Assembly (NCBI GenBank): GCA_945889495.1
Contig: CAMDBU010000004.1
Location: 5,176 to 69,175 of the forward strand
Origin: Syntrophobacter sp. SbD2
GTDB lineage: Bacteria > Desulfobacterota > Binatia > UBA9968
Direction of reading: 5' to 3'
DNA: 64,000 nt
In this document: positions 34,141 through 43,039 of the stretch, one piece after another
How positions within the stretch are numbered: the first letter of the stretch is position 1
Layout: the number at the start of each line of letters is the position of its first letter
Translations under genes and position numbers: made by a program
Notes under the pieces: generated by a model
Databases searched by the model: none
What the model was told of the DNA's origin: nothing
What the model saw: the letters and a program-made list of their open reading frames with translations, nothing else

Positions 34141-36195
34141 TTGAGCGACGAGAAAAAAGACTTAAGCGAGAAAATCAGATGGCTCCTGCTGCTGCGGGTG
34201 GTCATTCTTAGTTTCTTTCTCGGCGCCACCGCGCTGGTGCATTTTTTTCAGACCGAATGGGATATCAAATATCTCATCAACCTTTCGGTTCCTTTGATTC
34301 TCGCTTATGCCATCTCGATCGGATCGGCTTTGTTGTTGCCGCGCTTGAACCATCTGCGCGCCTTCGCCCATGGGCAGGTCGCTTTGGACGTATTGTTGAT
34401 CACCGGGATTATCTGGATCACCGGCGACAGCTCGAGCCCATTTTCTTTCCTTTACAATCTGGCGGTGATCAACGCGGCGATCTTGCTGTTCTATCGCGGC
34501 GCGTTTATCGCCGCCGGCATTTCGAGCGCCTGCTACGTCGGGCTTCTTTTCTGGTCCCATCATTGGCTGCAAAATGGCGCTAGTGGCGCGCCTTCGTGGA
34601 CTACGTTGGTGACCATGGTGATCAACGTCGGTAGTTTCTTCGTGATTGCGGCGTTGAGCGGCTATCTCGCCGATAAGCTTGGCCAAACCGAGCAGCTGCT
34701 AAAGGAAAAACAGATCGACTTCCAGGAGCTCGATGCGTTCAAAGAAGCGCTCCTGCAAGGCATCGGCAGTGGTGTCGCGATCACCGATGCCGCGGGCCGG
34801 ATCAATTACTTCAACCAGCAGGCGCAGAGTTTGGTCTCTCTCGGCGCGACCGCGGTGATGGGTAAGCGGCTCGAGCAGATCTTTCCCGGCTTGCAGTATG
34901 ACTTTCAACGCGGTTCAGGCACCGGCGCGGTGTTCAACGAAGAGCTAGCGTTAAGCGGATCGCCGCAGGGCAAGCAAAAACAGATTCGCGTTACTCTGGC
35001 GCCGCTGAGCGATGCCCATGAACGAATGCTCGGCTATGTGGCGATTTTCGAGGACATCACCAAGCAGAAACAGATCGAAGAAAAGGTTCGCATCGAGGAA
35101 GAACTGCGCCGATCGCGGGAAATTGACCTGGCAAAACCGGCGCAAGGAGTGGACGCGGCGCCGTTTCGTTTCGAAGGGGTGGTGGGCAATAGCGGCGGCA
35201 TCGAGAAGATCTATCAATTGATTCAAAAAGTCGCCGCCGGCAGCACCAATGTGTTGATCTCCGGCGAAAGCGGCACAGGCAAAGAACTGGTGGCCAGGGC
35301 GATTCACTTAAACGGGCCACGCCAAAATAGACCGTTCATCGCCATCAACTGCGGCGCGATTCCGGAGACCTTGATCGAAAGCGAGCTATTTGGCCATGTA
35401 CGCGGCGCGTTTACCGGCGCGGTGACCGATCACAGCGGACTGTTTAAACAGGCGGATCAGGGAACGGTGTTTCTCGACGAAATCGGCGAGTTGCCATTAC
35501 ATCTCCAGGTCAAGCTTTTGCGGGTTTTGCAGGAGAAAAGCTTTACTCCGGTGGGTGGCAGCAAGCCGGTTAAGGTCGACGTTCGCGTGATCTCCGCCAC
35601 CAATCGCGAATTGCGTAAAGAATTGGAAGAAGGCCGCTTCCGTGAGGATCTTTACTACCGGCTCAACGTCGTTAACATGGTCATGCCGCCGCTGCGTACG
35701 CGCAAGGAGGACATTCCCGCTCTGGCGCACTACTTCCTGCGCAAATTCGCTACCGCCTTAGAAAAGAACGTCGAAGAGATCTCTAGCGGCGCGCTCATGC
35801 AGCTCATGAGCCATGGCTATCCCGGAAACGTACGCGAACTCGAAAACATCATTGAACATGCCGTCGCCGTGACCAATAAAAATATCCTCACCGAAGAAGA
35901 TCTACCTCAGCAACTGAAAGATGCCGCGATCACAGGTGATGCTAATGTGTTTGAGCCCGCTACGGCTGGTGGTAGCGAGGTGTTTTTTGCTAAAGGTCTG
36001 TCGCTAGATGTTGAATTAGAAACCCATGAGAAAAATATCTTACTGGGAGCTTTGAAGCGGGCCAACGGAGTGCAAAAGAAAGCCGCAGAGATTCTCGGCA
36101 TCAACTACCGTTCGCTGCGCCACCGGTTGGAAAAGTACGATCTTCTTGGTGCGAAAAATCATTCTTTTTCTGAACAGTCGATCGATCCTGAGTAA
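34141..36195 (+). CDS. membrane-anchored sigma54-dependent transcriptional activator (6TM - PAS - AAA+ - Fis HTH; no receiver domain)
   Basis: 684 aa with a TTG start. There are six hydrophobic helices in aa ~13-180 and a PAS-like segment ending ...GYVAIFEDITKQK. It has the Walker A GESGTGKE, the GAFTGA loop (RGAFTGA) and the HTH KKAAEILGINYRSLRHRLEKY. Confidence 0.85.
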   Translation: MSDEKKDLSEKIRWLLLLRVVILSFFLGATALVHFFQTEWDIKYLINLSVPLILAYAISIGSALLLPRLNHLRAFAHGQVALDVLLITGIIWITGDSSSPFSFLYNLAVINAAILLFYRGAFIAAGISSACYVGLLFWSHHWLQNGASGAPSWTTLVTMVINVGSFFVIAALSGYLADKLGQTEQLLKEKQIDFQELDAFKEALLQGIGSGVAITDAAGRINYFNQQAQSLVSLGATAVMGKRLEQIFPGLQYDFQRGSGTGAVFNEELALSGSPQGKQKQIRVTLAPLSDAHERMLGYVAIFEDITKQKQIEEKVRIEEELRRSREIDLAKPAQGVDAAPFRFEGVVGNSGGIEKIYQLIQKVAAGSTNVLISGESGTGKELVARAIHLNGPRQNRPFIAINCGAIPETLIESELFGHVRGAFTGAVTDHSGLFKQADQGTVFLDEIGELPLHLQVKLLRVLQEKSFTPVGGSKPVKVDVRVISATNRELRKELEEGRFREDLYYRLNVVNMVMPPLRTRKEDIPALAHYFLRKFATALEKNVEEISSGALMQLMSHGYPGNVRELENIIEHAVAVTNKNILTEEDLPQQLKDAAITGDANVFEPATAGGSEVFFAKGLSLDVELETHEKNILLGALKRANGVQKKAAEILGINYRSLRHRLEKYDLLGAKNHSFSEQSIDPE

Positions 36196-36389
36196 CAATA
36201 TTTGTCATCGGTTACGCTGTGGCATTACATAAAGTAGAACTTGGCGCTACCCTGCGGCTTTTCACCCACCCACGACTAATCAACATAAAATTTTCTAACC
36301 TGCTGAAATCCCGCGCGTTTTAGCAACTCAATTCAACGTTTTGACGTTGGTTTGCTAAATCCCACCAAAAGCTTAGCGCTGTCAAAGTT

Positions 36390-36405
36390 TGGCCCTTCGA
36401 TTGCT
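36390..36405 (+). promoter_or_regulatory. sigma54 (-24/-12) promoter of pilA
   Basis: TGGCCCTTCGATTGCT matches TGGCACG-N4-TTGCW with exact GG/GC spacing (GG 36391-2, GC 36403-4). It lies about 145 nt upstream of the pilA ATG. Confidence 0.6.
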
Positions 36406-36547
36406 GTGGTAGAGTTTTAACGTTTTCGCCAAATCGCAAAGATAAGCATAAGGAGGTGGCTATAGACGGCAGCGAAGCCATGAAATTGGAAATCTTCGGA
36501 GCAGCAGAAAATTGCAGAAAAAATTTTACGAAAGGGAGTGTTGATAA

Positions 36548-36952
36548 ATGAAGAAGTTAAGATTGCAGAGTGAATCTGGTTTTACCTTGATCGAGTTGCT
36601 AGTCGTGGTCGCGATCATTGGTATCTTGGCGGCGATCGCGATTCCGCAGTTTGCCGCGTATAGAAAACTCGGTCATGAGGCGCAGGTTAAGTCCGACCTG
36701 AGAAATGGCGCAGTGGCTCAGGAAGCTTACTTTGCGCAGAATTCCACGTACAAGGCAGCTTCAAGCGCGTGGGTTGGTGGAGCATCTGCTACAGTTCCCG
36801 GATTTAATCCGACGAATGGTGTTACCGTTACCTCAGCAGTCGCTACCAATGCGTTCACGTTAACCGCAACGCACACCAATTGCACTGCTGTCTCGTGGAC
36901 GTTTAGCAGCACGAATGGCCAGATCGCGGGCCCAATTGGTGGTTGTCCATAA
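36548..36952 (+). CDS. pilA: type IVa major pilin
   Basis: 134 aa. It has the prepilin leader MKKLRLQSESG/FTLIELLVVVAIIGILAAIAIPQF (Gly-1, Phe+1, Glu+5), a C-terminal Cys pair (NCT...GGCP) and an AAAGGGAG SD. Confidence 0.9.
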   Translation: MKKLRLQSESGFTLIELLVVVAIIGILAAIAIPQFAAYRKLGHEAQVKSDLRNGAVAQEAYFAQNSTYKAASSAWVGGASATVPGFNPTNGVTVTSAVATNAFTLTATHTNCTAVSWTFSSTNGQIAGPIGGCP

Positions 36953-36990
36953 GCAGCGATTGATTTAAAGAGACTCGAACTTGCGAGTGG

Positions 36991-37022
36991 AAAAAGGGGG
37001 CACGAAATGGCCCCCTTTTTTT
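36991..37022 (+). terminator. intrinsic terminator after pilA
   Basis: AAAAAGGGGGCACGAAATGGCCCCCTTTTTTT has the stem GGGGGC/GCCCCC followed by a T-run. Confidence 0.7.
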
Positions 37023-39472
37023 CTACCTTTTCAGTTACAATAAAGAATGCCCGGCACTTTTTCGCCACGCTGATCGGTTCTATCGTGCACTCTCACCGGA
37101 TTGCCAGAGAAAAATCGGCAGACTGCTTCGCCATCGTCGCCCTTGCGCTCATGCTGCTATGGTTCTGCGACGAAATGATATTTGCCGATAAGATTCCTTT
37201 CTTCCGTGACTTAGGTTCTTACTTTTACCCGATCAAATTTAGCGTCGCTGAAGCGTTCAAAGCCGGGGAGCTGCCGCTGTGGGAGCGGCGCATGGCGTCG
37301 GGCTTTCCGATTATGGCGGGCTTGCAGTCGGCGGTTTTCTATCCTCCAACCATCGCTTTCTATCTATTACCGTTTTACGCCGCGGTTCAATTCAATTTTG
37401 TCGTTCATTACGCCATTGCCGCTTTGGGATCCTATGTTTTGCTCCGTTCGTGGAAGTGTGAGGTTTTTGTTGCCACCATCGGAGCGATCCTCTTTGCGTT
37501 TGGCGGCACCACGGTTTCGCTGACCAACTTGCTCAATCATTTTCAAAGTGCCGTCTGGCTTCCTTGGATGATTTTTCTGTGGGAACGAACGGTGCGAACC
37601 GAGCGATGGATAGCTTTTGTCGCATTCTCAATTATTTCCCTTTGCCAATTGCTCGCCGGCTCGCCGGAAATATTTCTGCTGTCCCTCGGCGTGGTCGTGC
37701 TAGATACGATTCGCTTATACCGCGAACGAGAGATCAATGGGTTCTTGCGGTGCATCAGTATCTTAGTCGGGGCGGGCTTTATCATTGTTGGACTCGGCAT
37801 GGTTCAACTGCTACCAACGGCAGAGCTGATTCTCCAGTCTCGTCGAGATCAACCAATACCAGCGTCTGAGGCGCTTGCCTGGTCGTTGCGACCGTGGAGT
37901 CTGCTCGGGCTTCTTTTGCCAACTCTCGAAGCTGACACGTCTCTATCGCTTGGAGTTCGATTACTGCTTGGTCAGGGCGTTCCGTTCCTGCTTAGTCCAT
38001 ACATGGGTGTCATCGCGGTTTTCGGTCTGTGCTGCTGGTTCCGCGCCGTGCGCATGAAGGAACGCATCGTAGTTTTGGTCCTAATCGGCTGTTCGTTGTT
38101 GTTGGCTTTCGGCAGTTATTCGCCGGTCTATCCCTTACTCTATGAATGGGTTCCGGCGTTCCGTGTGATCCGTTTCCCGGAAAAATATTTCTACCTAACT
38201 TTCGCCCTTTTGGTATTTACGGCGGTTCGTGGGCTGCGGCAAATCGACGACAGAGGTAATTCTCATGCGCCGTGGATCATCGCCACAGTGATACTTGCGG
38301 CATGGCTCATCGCGTATGTTACGTTTCGTTTACAACCCCAATTGCTCGCGGAGTTGCTGCAGCCTCCGAGTCCGAAGCAAGCTGCGCCGTCAACCAATCC
38401 GACGACGATCGCGGCGATATTGGTAATTTTGGAGAAACAGGTCGCCGTAGCGTTGGTGCTCGCTACGTTGTTCTGCCTAAACCGGTTCGGCGTTATACGT
38501 AAGACACTGTTCCAATTCTTGTTGGTTTTAGCGGTGTTTTTTGATCTAAGCGGCGCCAACAAACCTCTCCATTTTCTTCGTGACGCGCGGCACATTGCAA
38601 ATATCCCAAGGATTGTGGAGAAACCGCCGGCCGATCATAGCCGGCTATTTTACTACCCGCCCGGAGATAATTTGCATCCGAGTTATGTGAGGATCACGGG
38701 CAGCCCGGATTATGAGAAAGCGACCGAGATAGCTCTTAATAATTTATTGCCCAATGCCGGGATGCTCTACAAATTCGAATATTTCCAGGATATCGACGCG
38801 CTTGGCCGGCGCAGCTATACGAATTTTCTGCATTTCATCAATTCTCTGCCATCCGACCGACGAGCCAAACTGCTCCGTACTCTAAACGTCAAACATGTCG
38901 TGGCGTTTCACACATTGGAGGTGAAAGGTCTGAAGCTGGTCCGAGAATTTCCCGAACATTACTCCAAACTATACGAGGTAAACGATGCAGTGCCGCGAGC
39001 TTATGTTGCCGCGCGTGCGATCTTTGATCTGGACCCAATGAGCACATTGGAACGGATGTCGAGTGACAGCTTCGACCCGCTACGAGACACGATCCTCGAC
39101 GCGCCGATTCACTTGGCACCCCAGAGTGTTATCCAGAGTACTGTGGCAATAAAACTCTACCGTAACAATCAAGTGGTGCTTGATGTGCGGCTCAACGCGC
39201 CGGGCATCCTCGTGTTAACTGATGCCTATCACCCGGGCTGGAAGGTTCGCGTCGACGGCAAGGAAGATAGAATATTGCGCGCCAACTATCTATTTCGTGG
39301 GGTCGAGCTGCGCGCCGGAACGCATATTGTTGAATTCAGTTATGAACCGCAATCTTTCCGTATCGGTTTAATGATTTCTCTCGCCACCGCTGGATTGTTG
39401 TTGGCCGTGCCATTGGTGGGTTGGTTGCGCCGGCGCGCTCAGCCAAGTAAAAATTTCACGGCGAATTCATGA
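37007..39472 (+). CDS. YfhO-family polytopic membrane protein (GT-C-type glycosyltransferase candidate); start uncertain
   Basis: 821 aa ORF. It has the YfhO-like N-terminal pattern FFRDLGSYFYPIKF...GELPLWERRMASGFPIMAGLQSAVFYPP, many TM helices, and a C-terminal beta-rich domain plus a last TM. The first ATG lies inside the pilA terminator, so the true start may be downstream (for example GTG 37085). Confidence 0.6.
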   Translation: MAPFFSTFSVTIKNARHFFATLIGSIVHSHRIAREKSADCFAIVALALMLLWFCDEMIFADKIPFFRDLGSYFYPIKFSVAEAFKAGELPLWERRMASGFPIMAGLQSAVFYPPTIAFYLLPFYAAVQFNFVVHYAIAALGSYVLLRSWKCEVFVATIGAILFAFGGTTVSLTNLLNHFQSAVWLPWMIFLWERTVRTERWIAFVAFSIISLCQLLAGSPEIFLLSLGVVVLDTIRLYREREINGFLRCISILVGAGFIIVGLGMVQLLPTAELILQSRRDQPIPASEALAWSLRPWSLLGLLLPTLEADTSLSLGVRLLLGQGVPFLLSPYMGVIAVFGLCCWFRAVRMKERIVVLVLIGCSLLLAFGSYSPVYPLLYEWVPAFRVIRFPEKYFYLTFALLVFTAVRGLRQIDDRGNSHAPWIIATVILAAWLIAYVTFRLQPQLLAELLQPPSPKQAAPSTNPTTIAAILVILEKQVAVALVLATLFCLNRFGVIRKTLFQFLLVLAVFFDLSGANKPLHFLRDARHIANIPRIVEKPPADHSRLFYYPPGDNLHPSYVRITGSPDYEKATEIALNNLLPNAGMLYKFEYFQDIDALGRRSYTNFLHFINSLPSDRRAKLLRTLNVKHVVAFHTLEVKGLKLVREFPEHYSKLYEVNDAVPRAYVAARAIFDLDPMSTLERMSSDSFDPLRDTILDAPIHLAPQSVIQSTVAIKLYRNNQVVLDVRLNAPGILVLTDAYHPGWKVRVDGKEDRILRANYLFRGVELRAGTHIVEFSYEPQSFRIGLMISLATAGLLLAVPLVGWLRRRAQPSKNFTANS

Positions 39473-41081
39473 GATCGAAGAGCGCGACCAACGGCACGCC
39501 AGCGACGCTAACCGATTCGGTGGGCCGCGCTTCGCTCCGCAGTAGAGCGCGATCCGGCGGCGTTAGCGCGCTGCGTCGGTTCATTACGACATAAAAATCT
39601 GTTGGGCCGTGATCGCGGAAGCGAAGATCCTGTCGTAGCCTGCCTTCCTTTTGGTAAAACTCGAACATAAAGCCGGCGAAGGAACCGTTCACGGTGGCGT
39701 TCATAGGTAGCTTTTCATTGAGCCGGTGAAGAAACTCCGGCGTAATCGCTTCCATAAAGTAGGTCATTTCAAGACCGCGCTCGAAGGCGCCGCGGATGCC
39801 GCCGACCAACCGGTTGTAGTAACTCAGTTGGAACGGGTGCGAGAGATAGAGTTCTAAAATCGGATTGAAACAGGCGATTAAGAAGACAGCGGCCGCGGTT
39901 TTGGCTTTCAGATTGGGAATATTCTGGCAGCTTTTCCATTTTGCCGCAGTACTGAATAGCCAGGTCGAAACGACCTGAAAGCCGGCGGCCGCGAGGGCGG
40001 CGAGAAACGGTAAAGCCGATAGCATTTGGCGCACGCCATCGTGCAGCACCGCGCCCGGTAATAAACCGAGCAGCAGCACGAACATCCCGTTGAGAGTCAA
40101 TAACAGCAGCATCGAACGCTGTTGGCGGCGCCAGATTGCGGCAAGGATGCCGACCAGAGCGAGACCCAGGATCGGCTCAGGAGTCGTCACCCCGACCAGA
40201 TAAAACGGATAGTACCAAGGCAGTTGCTGGGACGATAGAATTTGGTTGAGAAAGAAGACTCCGAAATTGGCATCGGGCCGGTAGCCACGGCTGATGCCCT
40301 CGTAGAGGAATTCTAACACCCGCAAACCGGTCTGGTGCCAAAGGTAAGGTTGGGTCGCCACCATGACCGCCGGCGCCAGAAACAGCATGGCGAAAAGATT
40401 GTTAATATATTTATCGCGGTGAAAGAAATGCGCCCACAGGATCAGCGGCACCGGAATCAGAAGAGCGGGGAATTTGGTCGATAGCGCTAGACCCCAGACG
40501 ATGCCTAGGGCCGTGCTCCAACGCCAATTGCCCAACCCTTTCCAGAAACAATAGACAGTTAAGAACCACATGGTGGCCAATGGCAGGTCGGTGACCGCGA
40601 TGTGGGCATAGGCGAATAGGTTGGGGATGAGGATCAATGCACACACCGAAAATAACCCCGCGGCGTAGCCAAAAAGCTCCTGCATCCAGAGATAACTAAC
40701 CACCGCAAGAATGGCGAAGAACAACGCCGGCCCTAGGCGATAGGCCGAAAATTTATCGAGGAATGGCGCTGACAGTTCCTTAGCGAACGCTGACACGATG
40801 CGCGAAAACGGCGGGTGGGGCACGTTGTAGGGATTCCAATGCCAACTCGCTTTGATATTTCCATCGTCGGTACTTTTACGCAATTCGCCGCGGGTGAGAT
40901 TGTGCGCGGCTTGCGATAACCAGGTCGCGTGGAGATCGGTAGCGTGAAAGTACGGCGGCTCATCCCAAGTCACGCCATAGTCTTTGAGGGTCGTGCCGAC
41001 CAGCAACAGGACGCCGACGAACAAGACGACGGGAATCGTCCGCGACAAAAGTTTGGACTGGCTGTGTGAGCTGTCAATCAT
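39456..41081 (-). CDS. glycosyltransferase family 39 (ArnT/PMT-like GT-C) membrane protein
   Basis: 541 aa with more than 10 TM helices. The first periplasmic loop carries YGVTWDEPPYFH (acidic DE motif). Its 3' end overlaps the convergent YfhO-like gene by 17 nt. Confidence 0.7.
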   Translation of the reverse strand: MIDSSHSQSKLLSRTIPVVLFVGVLLLVGTTLKDYGVTWDEPPYFHATDLHATWLSQAAHNLTRGELRKSTDDGNIKASWHWNPYNVPHPPFSRIVSAFAKELSAPFLDKFSAYRLGPALFFAILAVVSYLWMQELFGYAAGLFSVCALILIPNLFAYAHIAVTDLPLATMWFLTVYCFWKGLGNWRWSTALGIVWGLALSTKFPALLIPVPLILWAHFFHRDKYINNLFAMLFLAPAVMVATQPYLWHQTGLRVLEFLYEGISRGYRPDANFGVFFLNQILSSQQLPWYYPFYLVGVTTPEPILGLALVGILAAIWRRQQRSMLLLLTLNGMFVLLLGLLPGAVLHDGVRQMLSALPFLAALAAAGFQVVSTWLFSTAAKWKSCQNIPNLKAKTAAAVFLIACFNPILELYLSHPFQLSYYNRLVGGIRGAFERGLEMTYFMEAITPEFLHRLNEKLPMNATVNGSFAGFMFEFYQKEGRLRQDLRFRDHGPTDFYVVMNRRSALTPPDRALLRSEARPTESVSVAGVPLVALFDLMNSP

Positions 41082-41126
41082 CGGCGCAGTTTACAAAACT
41101 TTTTCATGAGTGGTTTGCCAACTGGG

Positions 41127-41861
41127 TCATTGCCTGCGCCACACCGCAAGAATCGATTTTCCAACCGCGCCCAACAGGAGCGGGTCGATGCGCCGCGAAA
41201 GCGGTATGCAGAAACGATCCCAGGTGAGAATCTGTTTTTCGCTCGGCATGTTTTGGCGCAGGGCGATGACGTTACCCAGGGATAGCAGGATTCCCAGTGA
41301 ATCGAGATAAGTTATTTTCTGCTCGGTGAATCCGTCCGGCTTGAGCTTCCGGAGTGCCGATTTGTTGTAGCGCCGCAAATGGCCAATGCTTTTGTCGAAG
41401 GCGCTGTAGAGCCAACCATGGGCCGGTGACAAGACGACGACATAGCCACCCGGTCGGACCAATCGGCCGGCGCTGACGATTTGTCGCTGGTCATCTTCGA
41501 TATGCTCCAAGACATCGATGTATAGGATGCAATCGAAACTTGGCTGGTCGGCGAACGCGTTCAGTGAGCCGACGACAACATGGATCGCTGAGGGGTTGAC
41601 GCCGGACCTCAAACGTTCGCTCAGCCGGGCGGCCAGACTTGCGTCTGGCTCGAGGCACACCCAGCTCCGCACCTGGTCATCATGCAGCGCCACTGTGGTT
41701 GCGCCAATACCCGCGCCCACCTCCAACACATCGCCGCGCAGATAAGCCGCGATGGACGATTTAATGTATGCTTTCCAATTATCCGCCAAGGCGAATAGGT
41801 CGAGCTCGCCACCGATGTAGGACTGGCCCAACCGCTCAACCATAAATCCGTTGGCGATCAC
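41127..41861 (-). CDS. class I SAM-dependent methyltransferase
   Basis: Motif I is VLEVGAGIGATT and the post-I acidic residue is in CLEPD. The ATG at 41843 (an ATGGTTGA overlap with the GT2 stop) is an alternative start. Confidence 0.8.
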   Translation of the reverse strand: MIANGFMVERLGQSYIGGELDLFALADNWKAYIKSSIAAYLRGDVLEVGAGIGATTVALHDDQVRSWVCLEPDASLAARLSERLRSGVNPSAIHVVVGSLNAFADQPSFDCILYIDVLEHIEDDQRQIVSAGRLVRPGGYVVVLSPAHGWLYSAFDKSIGHLRRYNKSALRKLKPDGFTEQKITYLDSLGILLSLGNVIALRQNMPSEKQILTWDRFCIPLSRRIDPLLLGAVGKSILAVWRRQ

Positions 41862-42804
41862 CGGTAAGGTGAATGTAATCCCGGCGCGGAATCACGCTAA
41901 CTGAATTGCGCGCCGCGAGAATGACAAATACGAAGACGACCACCACCAAGAGCATCTGCAAGAACATGACGAGCAACAGTCCGGTGGTGTAAGTGGCCCA
42001 GCCGGGAATCGCCAGCTCGGTGGTGAGGCGGACCAGAAGAACCGTGAACAAGCCGAGCACTGATAGGGTCATACCGATGCCAATCACGATCAAGAGCCGA
42101 ACCCCAATACGATCGCCAAAAACCGCCATGGCGCTCAAGCCATGGACGACGAGCGAGACCATGTCCATGCGCGGTGGCCCTTCCAAGCGCTGGCTTCGTT
42201 CAGTGGGAATCGACGTCAGCGGCAGTTTGGCTTTATGGACCGCGGCGGCATAGTGGTTCCACAGCTCGGAGACGCAGACCAAACGCTTCAGAGCATGGGG
42301 CGGAATGACGCTGAAGTTGCCGACCCGCACGGCGACACCGGTGAGGAGAAAATGTATTAGGCGGTAGAGGTGATAGCCGATCGTAAACAACCATCCCTCG
42401 GAGCGCCGGGCGCGGGCGGCGAATATTATTTTGTTCTCGCCATGAGCGGCGCATTCCTGGACTAAACGCGGCACGTCCTTGGGGTCGTCTTCACCGTCCG
42501 AATCCATCACCACGACCATGCTCTCAGGTAGGTTCGCTTCAATGTAGCAGAGGCCAACGGCGATGGCCCGCTGGTGGCCAAGATTGCGGCGCAGTGGGAT
42601 CACGTCGATGCTGACGATGGCGGCAAATCGCGGCTCAACCAGCGTCGCTGGCAGCGCCGCCGTGGAGCCGTCATCGATCAAGACGATGTTGGCTTTGCAC
42701 CCGCTCGCCGCCAGCGCTTGGTCCAAGGATGGCAGCAGCAACGAAAGCGCCTGCCAGTCATTGAAGACCGGCATCAACACGGTTAAAGCGGTTGTGTTGG
42801 TCAA
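41836..42804 (-). CDS. family 2 glycosyltransferase with C-terminal TM helices (GtrB/CsbB/ArnC-like polyprenyl-phosphate glycosyltransferase)
   Basis: 322 aa. It has LTVLMPVFND, IVLIDDGS and VVMDSDGEDDP (DXD), plus two C-terminal hydrophobic helices. Confidence 0.8.
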   Translation of the reverse strand: MTNTTALTVLMPVFNDWQALSLLLPSLDQALAASGCKANIVLIDDGSTAALPATLVEPRFAAIVSIDVIPLRRNLGHQRAIAVGLCYIEANLPESMVVVMDSDGEDDPKDVPRLVQECAAHGENKIIFAARARRSEGWLFTIGYHLYRLIHFLLTGVAVRVGNFSVIPPHALKRLVCVSELWNHYAAAVHKAKLPLTSIPTERSQRLEGPPRMDMVSLVVHGLSAMAVFGDRIGVRLLIVIGIGMTLSVLGLFTVLLVRLTTELAIPGWATYTTGLLLVMFLQMLLVVVVFVFVILAARNSVSVIPRRDYIHLTGDRQRIYG

Positions 42805-42968
42805 GGTTACCTTATCAAGAGGGCCAACTGCTTGTCGTTAAATTCGTCTTCATCTGCTGCGATTGGTAAATTTAGCGCCAAGTTTACTTGCTTACGCGAT
42901 GGATTGCCAGAAAATTACCGCCGACAATAGCCTGGCTACCATCAACTGGTTGTCAGCATGTAAAATCT

Positions 42969-42997
42969 TTGTTGCCATGCCGCCGACATAGTATGAT
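42969..42997 (+). promoter_or_regulatory. possible sigma70 promoter of the SH3b gene
   Basis: TTGTTG, 17 nt, then TATGAT. It lies about 45 nt upstream of the ATG at 43040. Confidence 0.3.
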
Positions 42998-43039
42998 CAC
43001 CCTGCAGAATGTGCCGATTTGATTGATGAGGGTTTCCCC

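Noticed and set aside
36456-36551. Upstream ORF in the pilA leader ((V)AIDGSEAMKLEIFGAAENCRKNFTKGSVDK) whose TGA overlaps the pilA ATG.
   Set aside because: The ATG at 36480 has no SD at a functional distance, and the GTG at 36456 overlaps the GGAGG rather than following it. It is short and unremarkable, so I treat it as part of the 5' UTR.
37007-37084. The first 26 codons of the YfhO-like ORF (MAPFFSTFSVTIKNARHFF...).
   Set aside because: They are probably not translated. The ATG sits inside the loop and 3' arm of the pilA terminator hairpin and its T-run. I kept the ORF-track coordinates for the feature but flagged the start as uncertain.
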